This document shows, piece after piece, positions 54,542 to 63,562 of a stretch of DNA of 64,000 nucleotides; positions within the stretch are counted from its first letter, which is position 1, and each line of letters begins with the position of its first letter. The translations under genes were made by a program, and so were the position numbers. The notes beneath the pieces were generated by a model. That model was not told where the DNA came from and did not search any database. It saw only the letters and a program-made list of their open reading frames with translations. This DNA is from Chloroflexota bacterium. Lineage in GTDB: Bacteria; Chloroflexota; Dehalococcoidia; Lucifugimonadales; UBA3495. The stretch spans positions 10,560 to 74,559 of the forward strand of contig VXTR01000014.1 of the NCBI GenBank assembly GCA_009837355.1. The letters run 5' to 3'.

Positions 54542-55507
54542 TTATTCAGACCTCCAGCAGCGTGAAGTATGGCCCGGCGCCACGGTGAACTCGTCGGGGT
54601 ATTCCAGGCACCTCTCCCAGGCGTGCGGGCAGCGCGGCGCAAAAGAACATCCCTCCGGCAGCGCGTCCAGCGACGGCGGTTGCCCCTCGATGGACGGCAG
54701 CGTATCTACGTCGGTATCCAGGTCCGGCACCGACTGCAGCAGCGCTTCGGTGTACGGATGGGCCGGACTATCGAACATGTCCTCCACGTCGGACTGCTCC
54801 ACGATGCGCCCCGCGTACATCACCGCCACCCGGTCGCACATCCGCGCCACAATCCCGAAGTCGTGGGTGATGAATATGATTGCCGCTCCCGTTTCTGCCT
54901 GGATGTCCTTCAACAGCCTCAGATACTGCAATTGGATGGTGGCGTCAAGGGAGGTCGTCGGCTCGTCGGCAATCAGCAGGTTGGGCGCGCGGGCAATCGA
55001 AATCGCTCCCACCACGCGCTGGCGCATACCGCCGCTCATCTGGTGGGGGAAGTTGGCCAGCCGCTCTTCGGCGGCCGGTATCCGTACGTTGGCCAGCAAA
55101 TCCACCGCCCGCTGGCGCAGTGAACGCTTCGGCTCGTCATATTCCAGCCGCAGCGTTTCAACCAGCTGGTCGCCCACCGTGAAAACCGGGTTCAGCGAGG
55201 TCAGCGGGTCCTGCATCACCATGCAGATTCCCGACCCTCGAATATCCCGCATCTCGCCCCGGCTCTTTTCCAGCAGGTTCTCGCCCAGGTAGTTGATGGC
55301 GCCCCCCACGATTCGACCGGGGTGCGGCACCATCCCCAGGATAGACCAGGCCGTCATGCTCTTGCCGGAGCCGGATTCTCCGACGATGCCCAGCGTTTCG
55401 CCACGCTTCAACTCAAAGTTGATTCCGTCCACCGCCTTCACTACCCCGGTACGGGTGAAGAAGTGGGTCTGCAGATCCTGCACTTGCAGGATAACGTCGT
55501 TAGTCAT
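54542..55507 (-). CDS. peptide/nickel ABC transporter ATPase (DppD/OppD type)
   Basis: 'GESGSGKS', 'MSGGMRQRVVGAI', 'LIADEPTTSLD' and a C-terminal 'GCSFAPRC' are present. Confidence 0.9.
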   Translation of the reverse strand: MTNDVILQVQDLQTHFFTRTGVVKAVDGINFELKRGETLGIVGESGSGKSMTAWSILGMVPHPGRIVGGAINYLGENLLEKSRGEMRDIRGSGICMVMQDPLTSLNPVFTVGDQLVETLRLEYDEPKRSLRQRAVDLLANVRIPAAEERLANFPHQMSGGMRQRVVGAISIARAPNLLIADEPTTSLDATIQLQYLRLLKDIQAETGAAIIFITHDFGIVARMCDRVAVMYAGRIVEQSDVEDMFDSPAHPYTEALLQSVPDLDTDVDTLPSIEGQPPSLDALPEGCSFAPRCPHAWERCLEYPDEFTVAPGHTSRCWRSE

Positions 55508-55635
55508 TTAGCACCTGTCGTTGGCGACACAGCAGCAGCGTCTGCCGCTGCGGTGGAGCTGTATGCTGCTCCGGTCGAGAGGCCAGCGAGCGGCCGCCTC
55601 TCCGGATGCGTCCGACGCATGGCGTCTTGTAGCGA

Positions 55636-56517
55636 CTAACGCGCCCGTCGCAGCTTGGGGTCGAGATAATCCCGGAGCCAGTCGCCGAAGAAATTGAACG
55701 CCAGCACCACGACGGTTATCGCGACGCCGGGAAACAGCGACAGCCACCACACGTCGAGGATTACCTCCTGTCCTTCGGCCACCATTATACCCCAAGCCGG
55801 CGCGCCCGGAGACAATCCCAATCCCAGAAAACTCAGCGCCGCTTCCAGCAGAATGATTTGCCCCACCATCAGGCTGGTAACCACCATCAGCGTGTTGGCC
55901 ACGTTGGGGAAGATGTGCCGCCACAGGATGACCGGAGCCTTCACCCCCGTAATCCGAGCCAGCGTAACGAAGTCATACCCCTTCACCGTCAGCACGTCCC
56001 CACGAATCATCCGCGCAAATCTCGCCCACACCGTCAAGAGCACGGCCAGGATAATCGCCACCGGGCCGGGCTGCATGATTACCACCACCACCAGGGCCAG
56101 CAGAATCGTCGGAAACCCCAGGGCGGCGTCGGTAATCCGCATCAGCAGCGCGTCAATCCAACCGCCCCAATACCCGGACACCAGGCCGACTACCGTGCCG
56201 ATAACGGCTCCCAAGGCCAGGGCAATTACACTGATTTGCGCCGTGGTGCGCGCGCCGTAGATTAGCCGGCTCAGCATATCCCGCCCCAGCACGTCGGTGC
56301 CCAGCAGGTGTTCGCTGGACTCAAAGGGCGCTTGCTTGCTGTTGATGACATTCAGGCTGGTCGGGTCATATGGAGCCAGCCAGTGCGCGAACGCCGCGCA
56401 CACCAGCATCATCAGTAGCACCACCATGGGCAGCCACGGTAGACGCTTTTCAGCAATGCGCTGCCGCCAGCTCAGTTGTGGCTGAGCGAGTTCCAGCACC
56501 AGGTCGGTGGTTGCCAT
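55636..56517 (-). CDS. peptide ABC transporter permease (DppC/OppC type), set 1
   Basis: 'LLGTDVLGRDMLSRLIYGAR' and the EAA-loop region 'EAALSFLGLG' are present. Confidence 0.9.
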   Translation of the reverse strand: MATTDLVLELAQPQLSWRQRIAEKRLPWLPMVVLLMMLVCAAFAHWLAPYDPTSLNVINSKQAPFESSEHLLGTDVLGRDMLSRLIYGARTTAQISVIALALGAVIGTVVGLVSGYWGGWIDALLMRITDAALGFPTILLALVVVVIMQPGPVAIILAVLLTVWARFARMIRGDVLTVKGYDFVTLARITGVKAPVILWRHIFPNVANTLMVVTSLMVGQIILLEAALSFLGLGLSPGAPAWGIMVAEGQEVILDVWWLSLFPGVAITVVVLAFNFFGDWLRDYLDPKLRRAR

Positions 56518-56542
56518 ACCGTGCGCTCCTGCCTTGTCCCGG

Positions 56543-57460
56543 CTAGTGCCTGATTCTAGGATCGGCGTACACGTAGAGGATGTCCACGACCAGCGCCGTC
56601 AGTATGTAGAAGAACGCCGACGCCATCACCGCCGCCTGCACTACCGGGAAGTTGCGCTGCAGCACGCCGTCCAGCATCAACCGCCCGAGGCCGGGCACGG
56701 CAAACACCTGCTCCACCACGATTGCGCCGTTCAGCAACCCGGCCAGGCTGATGCCGCTGAACGTCATAATCGGGATGAGGGCGTTGCGCAGCGCGTGCTT
56801 CCACACCACCAAGCCGTCCTGCAACCCCTTGATGCGCGCAAAACGAACGTAATCGCTGTCCAGCACTTCCAGCATACTGGAGCGTCCCAGCCGCATGATG
56901 CCGGCCATGATGGACCAGGCCAGCACGAAAGACGGAAGGATATAGTTTTCGGGGCCCTCCAAGCCGTAGGTCGGCAGCACTTTGAGGATGGCCCCAAACA
57001 GCAGGATGAGCATGATTGCCACCCAGAACTGGGGCGCCGCCATGCCCAGCACGGCGAATAACTTGCCTGTCTTATCAAACACCGAATCGCGTTTCACCGC
57101 CGAGAGAATGCCCAGGGGAACGCCGATTATAATTGCCAGCGCCATCCCCGCTGCCGCCAGCTTCAATGTGGCCGGCAGCCGTTCCAGCAGCAGGTCGCGG
57201 GTCGGCCGGCGGTCCCGAATGGAAAGGCCGAAGTCGCCCTGCACCGCGCCGCGCAGAAAGATGAAGTACTGCTCCGACAGCGACTTGTCCAGTCCGAGCT
57301 GCTTGCGCACCCGTTCGTAATCGGTCTTGCTGGACGCTTCCGGCGGCAGCAGCACCAACGCCGGGTCTCCGGTCAACCGAGTCGCCAGGAACACCAGCAA
57401 ACTGATGACCAACAGGGTGAAGATGCCCTGCATGACTCGTATCGCAATAAACTGCCACAT
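56543..57460 (-). CDS. peptide ABC transporter permease (DppB/OppB type), set 1
   Basis: 'GDPA..LL', 'LGLDKSL..QY' and 'DYVRFARIKGL' are present. Confidence 0.9.
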   Translation of the reverse strand: MWQFIAIRVMQGIFTLLVISLLVFLATRLTGDPALVLLPPEASSKTDYERVRKQLGLDKSLSEQYFIFLRGAVQGDFGLSIRDRRPTRDLLLERLPATLKLAAAGMALAIIIGVPLGILSAVKRDSVFDKTGKLFAVLGMAAPQFWVAIMLILLFGAILKVLPTYGLEGPENYILPSFVLAWSIMAGIMRLGRSSMLEVLDSDYVRFARIKGLQDGLVVWKHALRNALIPIMTFSGISLAGLLNGAIVVEQVFAVPGLGRLMLDGVLQRNFPVVQAAVMASAFFYILTALVVDILYVYADPRIRH

Positions 57461-57472
57461 TGTGCTTTATCA

Positions 57473-57552
57473 GCATTCCGCCGCGTTTCGTCATTCCTGC
57501 TGGATTTTGCCATTCCCGCCGGCTGTTGTCATTCCTGAGCCGGCGGGAAATC
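57473..57552. repeat. cluster of nested REP-like units (four CATTCC cores; palindrome TTCCCGCCGGCT...AGCCGGCGGGAA)
   Basis: CATTCC occurs at 57474, 57491, 57511 and 57530. The cluster lies in the SBP-permease spacer of peptide-transporter set 1. Confidence 0.65.
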
Positions 57553-57559
57553 AAAGCCG

Positions 57560-59281
57560 TCAGTTCAGCTTCATCGTCCACAAGGCGGTCTGGTAAGCCA
57601 CCACGGGCCAGGGTTCCCATTCGGCGATGCGGGGGCCAACGCCCCAGGGCAGGTTCACGTAGCCGGTGCCGAACTCATAGTGTTCTTCCCGGAGAATCTT
57701 GTAGGCTTCGTTGAAGGCCTCCTGACGGAGGGCGGGGTCAACCACCGACAAGACATCCTTGGCAATCTTGATCAGATCGTCGCGTCGGCCGCCCAGGTGG
57801 GCGCCGCCTTCGGGGTTGCCGTAAACCGCGTTGGTGATGCTGCCGCCGTCCCACCGGGTTTCGTTGGCCCGGACAATGACCTTGCCGTCCAACTGCCGGT
57901 CGAACCAGCGCTCGCGGACGGTGGCCGCCTCGCCGACTATCACGTCAACGTCAATGCCCAGGTTCTTCTCCCACATATCGGCAATCAGCTGGGCCTGCTC
58001 GGGCAGGAACGGCACGTCGCCAGCCTTCCAGGTGTGCACTTCCAGGGTGCCAAAGCCGTCGCCGTCGGGGTAACCGGCGTCGGCCATCAGCTGTTGCGCC
58101 AACTCGGGGTCATAGGGGAACGGATCCAGCTCCTCGCTGTAGCCCAGGGCGTTGGGCGTGGCCCAGTTCCAGCCCTTGGAGACCGCCGCTTGGGGGCCGT
58201 AGAGCTGGTTGATGATGAGGTCCTTATCGATGGCATAGTCCAGGGCATGCCGCACTTCCTTCTTGTGGCAGGGGAATTGCTCTTCCCAGCAGCCGGGCAG
58301 CAGGATCCAGATGTAGGAAGATTCCTGCGACCAAATCATGCGGCCGCCGCCATCCTCGACCTGGTCCTTGACGGCCAGGTTAGCCTCGACCACGTCGGCG
58401 TCCCCGGCTCGGAGAGCGGCGACGCGGGTGGCGACTTCAGGCACCAGGCGCATGTCCAGGGTCTGGAAGGACGGGCCGCGCTCGGGCAGGAAGTAATCTT
58501 CGAAGCGTTCCAGGAGAATCTGCTCGCTGATAACGTGCTTTTCCAACCGGAAGGGGCCGGCGCCTACGGGGTCATCGTTGTAACCATCCTGTCCCAAGCT
58601 CTCAAAGTGGTTTTTGGGGAGCAGCACTCCGGCGATCCCGAAGCTGAGGTCGGAGATGAAGAAGGGGAAGAAGGCCTTGGGGGAGGCGTGAGTCACCCGC
58701 AGCGTGTCGGGTCCCGTGGCCTCGATGCTGGCGGTATCGGCCGCCTCGGCCTGCACGCTGGGGCTGATGGATTCGGTGACGGCTTCCGGGCCAAAAGTGA
58801 ACTCCATGGTGAACATGGCGTCGTCGATGGTCAGGGGGTCGCCGTTGTGGAAGACAATGCCATCCCGCAGGGTTAGATCCCAGGAGAGGCCGTCCTCGGA
58901 CACGGACCAGTCGGTAAGTACGCCGGGGACCATTTCCAGGTTCTCATTGCCGTTAATCCAGAAGGCGTGCATCTGGCGGCCGTAGGTGGCGGTTTCGCCC
59001 ACGCCGTCGCGCGGGGTAAACAGCTCCGTGGCCCACACCGCGTTCATCAACGTAACCTTGCCGCCGGTTTCTTCCGTCATCGCGCCGGAAGGAGCTTCGG
59101 TGGGTTGCGCCGGAGCGGCTGGCACGGCAGTAGCCTCAGGAGCCGACGGCGCCGACGTAGCAGCCGCGGGAGCCGCGGTATCTGCATCTTCTGCGGGGCC
59201 GCCACAAGCCCCAATGGCAAGCAGCAGCAGGATGGCCATCATAATCAGCAGTGATTTTGCGCCCAATTTCCGATGCAACAT
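57560..59281 (-). CDS. peptide ABC transporter substrate-binding lipoprotein (family 5), set 1
   Basis: I take the start at MLHRKLG (59281), which has a GGAGGA RBS. The lipobox is 'AIGACGG' and the overall family-5 SBP architecture is present. Confidence 0.85.
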   Translation of the reverse strand: MLHRKLGAKSLLIMMAILLLLAIGACGGPAEDADTAAPAAATSAPSAPEATAVPAAPAQPTEAPSGAMTEETGGKVTLMNAVWATELFTPRDGVGETATYGRQMHAFWINGNENLEMVPGVLTDWSVSEDGLSWDLTLRDGIVFHNGDPLTIDDAMFTMEFTFGPEAVTESISPSVQAEAADTASIEATGPDTLRVTHASPKAFFPFFISDLSFGIAGVLLPKNHFESLGQDGYNDDPVGAGPFRLEKHVISEQILLERFEDYFLPERGPSFQTLDMRLVPEVATRVAALRAGDADVVEANLAVKDQVEDGGGRMIWSQESSYIWILLPGCWEEQFPCHKKEVRHALDYAIDKDLIINQLYGPQAAVSKGWNWATPNALGYSEELDPFPYDPELAQQLMADAGYPDGDGFGTLEVHTWKAGDVPFLPEQAQLIADMWEKNLGIDVDVIVGEAATVRERWFDRQLDGKVIVRANETRWDGGSITNAVYGNPEGGAHLGGRRDDLIKIAKDVLSVVDPALRQEAFNEAYKILREEHYEFGTGYVNLPWGVGPRIAEWEPWPVVAYQTALWTMKLN

Positions 59282-59350
59282 AGTGGATTCCTCCATACTA
59301 GCGGCGTGTGAAGGCGTTTTCATCAACCGAACTGCGGCTGCATGGGCGCG

Positions 59351-59379
59351 ACATTAGCATATCGCCAATACGCCGTCAA
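59351..59379 (-). promoter_or_regulatory. candidate promoter of peptide-transporter set 1
   Basis: On the minus strand, TTGACG (59379-74), a 17-nt spacer, then TAATGT (59356-51). Confidence 0.45.
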
Positions 59380-59419
59380 CAATCCGTCGCTCTCCGCGGA
59401 GTTTGGGACGCTCCAGCCA

Positions 59420-59460
59420 ATATAAAAGCGCCGGGGCGGCGCATTACGTCGCCCCGGCGC
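59420..59460 (-). terminator. strong intrinsic terminator after peptide-transporter set 2
   Basis: On the minus strand, GCGCCGGGGCG, an 11-nt loop, then CGCCCCGGCGC (11-bp stem), followed by TTTTATATT. Confidence 0.7.
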
Positions 59461-59482
59461 GGATTGTGACGTGATCCGGCAG

Positions 59483-60367
59483 CTAACCAGCGCGTCGCAG
59501 GCGTGGGTCCAGATAGTCTCTCAGCCAGTCGCCGAAGAAGTTGAACGCCATCACCACTACGGTAATCAGGATGCCGGGGAAGAGCGCAATCCACCACGCC
59601 TGAGTGAGGAACTCGCGGCCCTCAGCTACCAGGATGCCCCAGGCGGGGTCGCCCGGCCGCAGGCCCAGACCGAGGAAGCTCAGCGACGCCTCCAGCAGGA
59701 TCACCTGGCCAACGCTGACGCTGGTAAGCACCATCAGGGTATTGATGACATTGGGGAAAAGGTGCCGCCAGACAATCATTCCGGACGATACGCCGTAGAT
59801 TTGCGCGAGCACTACGAAATCCCGGTCGCGTATGGCCAACACTTCGCCGCGAATCATGCGGGCGAAGCGAGCCCATTGCGTGGCGGCAATGGCAATCATC
59901 ACGTTCCACACGCCCGTGCCCAAGTAGGTGACAATGAGCAGGGCCACCAGGATGGACGGGAACCCCAGCACGGCGTCAGTGATGCGCATGAGCACCGAAT
60001 CGACCCACCGACCCGAATAGCCGGACACCAAGCCCACCACGGTTCCGGCCAGGATGGCCACCACCATGGAGGGCGCGGTTACCTGCAGCATGGTGCGCGC
60101 GCCGTAGATGAGCCGGCTCAACATATCCTTGCCCAATCGGTCGGTGCCGAGGATGTGGTCGGCGCTCTGGAAGGGCGGCTGCAGCTTGTTGATTACGTCG
60201 TTGTCACGTGGGTCGTGGGGCGCAACCAGGTTGGCAAAGATAGCGCAGAAGAGAATGACGACCAGAATCGTGATAGGAACCCACGGTAAGCGGGCTTCCT
60301 GGATGCGCCGGCGCAGACTGGCCGGCGTTCGGTCATCAGCAACCAGAATGGCGTTGTCGGATGCCAT
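59483..60367 (-). CDS. peptide ABC transporter permease (DppC/OppC type), set 2
   Basis: It is a paralogue of 55636..56517 ('ILGTDRLGKDMLSRLIYGAR', 'EASLSFLGLG'). Confidence 0.9.
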   Translation of the reverse strand: MASDNAILVADDRTPASLRRRIQEARLPWVPITILVVILFCAIFANLVAPHDPRDNDVINKLQPPFQSADHILGTDRLGKDMLSRLIYGARTMLQVTAPSMVVAILAGTVVGLVSGYSGRWVDSVLMRITDAVLGFPSILVALLIVTYLGTGVWNVMIAIAATQWARFARMIRGEVLAIRDRDFVVLAQIYGVSSGMIVWRHLFPNVINTLMVLTSVSVGQVILLEASLSFLGLGLRPGDPAWGILVAEGREFLTQAWWIALFPGILITVVVMAFNFFGDWLRDYLDPRLRRAG

Positions 60368-60380
60368 TCCGTCCTCCCTT

Positions 60381-61346
60381 TTAGTTGGGCCTTACGCGGG
60401 GGTCCGCGTAGCCGTACAGGATGTCAACAATTAGCGCGGTGAGGATGTAGGCCGCGCCGGATACCATGATCGCCCCCTCCACCTGCGGGAAATTGTTGGA
60501 GAGCACGCCCTCAAGAAGCATCAAGCCCACGCCGGGCCAGGCAAACACCACTTCCACCACCACCGAGCCGTTGAGTAGGCCGGCCAGGCTGATACCACCG
60601 AACGTAATGACCGGGATGAGAGCGTTGCGCGCCGCGTGCTTCCAGATGACCACCCGGTCGCTCATGCCTTTTACCTGGGCGAACTTCACGTAGTCGCTGT
60701 CCAGGACTTCCAGCATGGCGGAGCGGGCCAGGCGCATGATGGCGGCGATGATGGCCAAGGCCAGTACGAAAGCCGGCAAGATGAGGTGGTGAATCATATT
60801 GGGTATCTGCGACCAGGAGGGGAACCATCCGGTGGTATCGCCGCGGCCAAAGGCCGGCAGCCAGCCCCAATAGCCGGCGAAAAGGATGATGAGCATGATG
60901 GCAACCCAGAACTGCGGGGCAGCCATCCCGAAGATGGCAAAAGTCTTGCAGACTTTGTCCAGAACGGTGTCGCGTTTAACTGCCGATAAGATACCCAGCG
61001 GGACGCCTATGACGATGGCAAGCACCATACCCGCCAGGGCCAGGTGAACGGTCGCCGGGATGCGTTCCAGCAGTATGTCCCTCACCGGGCGGCGCGCGGT
61101 GAAAGAGTTGCCGAAATCGAGCTGCACGGCCTTGTAGAGGAAGTTGGCGTACTGGATGATAAAAGGCTTGTCCAGGCCGTAGGCCTTCTTCTGGGCTTCG
61201 TACACCGCCTCGTCGTGGTCGTTGGAGATGGGCAACAGGAAGCGCGCCGGGTCGCCGGTCAGGTGAACGCTGCCGAAAACGACGAAGCTCAGCGCCACCA
61301 GGGTGACGAAGCCTTCCATCAAGCGACGGGCGATGTAAACGGTCAT
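60381..61346 (-). CDS. peptide ABC transporter permease (DppB/OppB type), set 2
   Basis: It is a paralogue of 56543..57460 ('DYVKFAQVKGM'). Confidence 0.9.
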   Translation of the reverse strand: MTVYIARRLMEGFVTLVALSFVVFGSVHLTGDPARFLLPISNDHDEAVYEAQKKAYGLDKPFIIQYANFLYKAVQLDFGNSFTARRPVRDILLERIPATVHLALAGMVLAIVIGVPLGILSAVKRDTVLDKVCKTFAIFGMAAPQFWVAIMLIILFAGYWGWLPAFGRGDTTGWFPSWSQIPNMIHHLILPAFVLALAIIAAIMRLARSAMLEVLDSDYVKFAQVKGMSDRVVIWKHAARNALIPVITFGGISLAGLLNGSVVVEVVFAWPGVGLMLLEGVLSNNFPQVEGAIMVSGAAYILTALIVDILYGYADPRVRPN

Positions 61347-61421
61347 CTGAACAAACCCGCTAGAGGGGGATTATCTAACAGAGAGTATAGCGTTAAATCA
61401 ACGGGAATCGGAGTAGCGGTA

Positions 61422-61444
61422 GGGGCGGGTTTATCACCCGCCCC
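61422..61444 (-). promoter_or_regulatory. intercistronic hairpin GGGGCGGG-N7-CCCGCCCC after the SBP gene of set 2
   Basis: The plus strand reads GGGGCGGGTTTATCACCCGCCCC. It is the same family as 44315-44337. Confidence 0.5.
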
Positions 61445-61477
61445 TGGAATTGCGGTCGTTACCTGGAGGAAGCCGGG

Positions 61478-63277
61478 CTACTTGAGCTTCAGCGTCCAGA
61501 TGGCGGTAACGTAGGGCACCAGGCTCCATGGCTCGTAAGAGGCCACGTCGGAGCCGAGACCCCAGGGAACGTTGGTGTTGAAGCCGTCGCCCCAGTAGGT
61601 CTGGTCCTGCAGATAGTCGTACATTTCGTTGTACGAGGCGGCCCTGGTGGCGGGATTGAGGTCGGAGAGGCCCTGCTCCACTATCGGGGTGGTGGTGCTG
61701 GCCCAGGGTTCGTTCTCGTAGTTGTCCACGGCGCGCCAGGCGATGGCCGGGTTCAGGTAGCCGCCCTGGGTGATGGAGGTGCCGTCGAAGCGGGCCTCGT
61801 TGGTACGCACCAGGACGTCGCCGGGGAACTCCCGGTTGTTCCACTGCTGGCGGGTTGCGGCGGCATCGCCGACCACTACCTCAACGTCCCAACCCAGTTC
61901 GTCCCAGAAGTCCTTGTAGAGCTGCGCCAAGTCGGGGAGCAGGGGCAGGTCGCCGGCTTCCCAAGTGTAGACCTTGAAGGAAATCTGCTCGCCGTTGGCG
62001 TCGGTGCCGTCGCTGCCGTCGGCGCCGCCGTAGCCGATGGACATCAGCAGCTCTTTGGCCTTGGCCACGTCGTAGGGACGCGGGCGCAGGTTCTCGCCCC
62101 AGCCCAGGGAGTTGGGCGTGACGTGGGACCAGCTGTCCATGTTCACCGATTCCGGAGTGTAGAGTCCGTTGGCGATTTCATCCTTGTTGATGGCGTACTC
62201 AGCAGCCTGCCGCGCCTCAACCGGGAAGCACCAGAGAGACTCGTCCCAGCAGTCCACGTACACCACCCAGTTGTAGGAGGATTCCTTCTGCCAGGCGATG
62301 CCGGCGCCGTCGATACCCTCGATGTCGCCAATCATGTTGATGTTGGCTTCAATCAGCTGGGCGTCGCCGCTGCGCAGGGCAGCCAGGCGGGCCGCCGGCT
62401 CGGGGACCAGTTCCATAGTCAGCGTGTCGAAGGTTACGCTGCGGTCTTCGGAGTAGCCATTGGTCGTGGTCCAGAAGAAGTCATCGAACTTCTCGAAGGA
62501 ATACCGCTGCTCGTGGATGGTTTCGTCCATGTTGACCATCATTGAGCCGATGCCGATGGGGTCGTCCTCATAGCCCTCGAAGCCGGTGGCTCCGGTGCGG
62601 GCTCGCATGGCGGCCTCGGGAACAATCATCGCGTCCGCACCCTGGGCATTTTCGGACCAGTTGAAGGCGAAGTCCAGGCGGACGGTGTTGAACACTACCT
62701 GAACCTGGTCGTCGCCAGGCCCCTTCAGCACCTGGTCAACCCGCTCGGCGAAGGCAACGTCGCGCGGCTCATAGTAGGCGGCGGCCAGGAGACTGGCGGC
62801 CTCTTCGCCCATCCGGCTGTCCAGGTTGAAGAACACGTCATCACGGGTGATGACGCTGCCGTCGTGGGCCATAATGGTGCCGTCGTTGACGGTAAAGGTC
62901 CAAGTCAGACCGTCTTCGCTGACGGACCACTCCTTGGCGACTGCCGGGGTCAGCTCACTGCCGCCACCGCCGCCAACCATGGCTACCTGGAAGATGCGCT
63001 GGAACTTGAGGTCTTCACCTTCGGTGAGGAAGGGGTCGAACTTGCCGTTTCCGATGTTGGTAACCAGCAGGTTCACGTGGCCGCCGCTGGATTCGGCCAT
63101 CATGGCTTCACCGGTGGCCTCGGGCATTGCGGTAGGCGCCGTCGAGGCTGCGCCACCGTCGCCGGAACTCGCGGCCGGCTCGTCGGACGCGCCGCCACAA
63201 GCTACCGCTCCGATAAGCCCGGCGGCCAGGGCCAAAGCCAGCAGGAGCCGGACGCTAAGAAAACGTTTCAATGCCAT
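61478..63277 (-). CDS. peptide ABC transporter substrate-binding lipoprotein (family 5), set 2
   Basis: 599 aa, lipobox 'GAVACGG', family-5 SBP architecture. Confidence 0.85.
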   Translation of the reverse strand: MALKRFLSVRLLLALALAAGLIGAVACGGASDEPAASSGDGGAASTAPTAMPEATGEAMMAESSGGHVNLLVTNIGNGKFDPFLTEGEDLKFQRIFQVAMVGGGGGSELTPAVAKEWSVSEDGLTWTFTVNDGTIMAHDGSVITRDDVFFNLDSRMGEEAASLLAAAYYEPRDVAFAERVDQVLKGPGDDQVQVVFNTVRLDFAFNWSENAQGADAMIVPEAAMRARTGATGFEGYEDDPIGIGSMMVNMDETIHEQRYSFEKFDDFFWTTTNGYSEDRSVTFDTLTMELVPEPAARLAALRSGDAQLIEANINMIGDIEGIDGAGIAWQKESSYNWVVYVDCWDESLWCFPVEARQAAEYAINKDEIANGLYTPESVNMDSWSHVTPNSLGWGENLRPRPYDVAKAKELLMSIGYGGADGSDGTDANGEQISFKVYTWEAGDLPLLPDLAQLYKDFWDELGWDVEVVVGDAAATRQQWNNREFPGDVLVRTNEARFDGTSITQGGYLNPAIAWRAVDNYENEPWASTTTPIVEQGLSDLNPATRAASYNEMYDYLQDQTYWGDGFNTNVPWGLGSDVASYEPWSLVPYVTAIWTLKLK

Positions 63278-63360
63278 TATCTGGACTCTCCTCCATTGAG
63301 TGATTCACGTTGGCAGGTACCGGCGCTTCCGGCCGGCCAACCTGTTGCGGATAACGCAAG

Positions 63361-63390
63361 ATTAAACAGGCGGTATCGCCATTTTGTCAA
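63361..63390 (-). promoter_or_regulatory. candidate promoter of peptide-transporter set 2
   Basis: On the minus strand, TTGACA (63390-85), an 18-nt spacer, then TTTAAT (63366-61), about 85 nt upstream of ATG 63277. Confidence 0.5.
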
Positions 63391-63562
63391 GGGCAACTTA
63401 CGAAAACTAGGGCTGTGCAAAACTCGGGTGGGCACCTAAGGATCGACGTTATCCGTCGCCAAGATAGCATGAATCCGTAAGCGGTGCTTGCGGCAACGGC
63501 GCCGACGGAAATTAGGAATGGACTATAATGGAGTCCATCCAGGGCACCATGTGGCACCCAGT

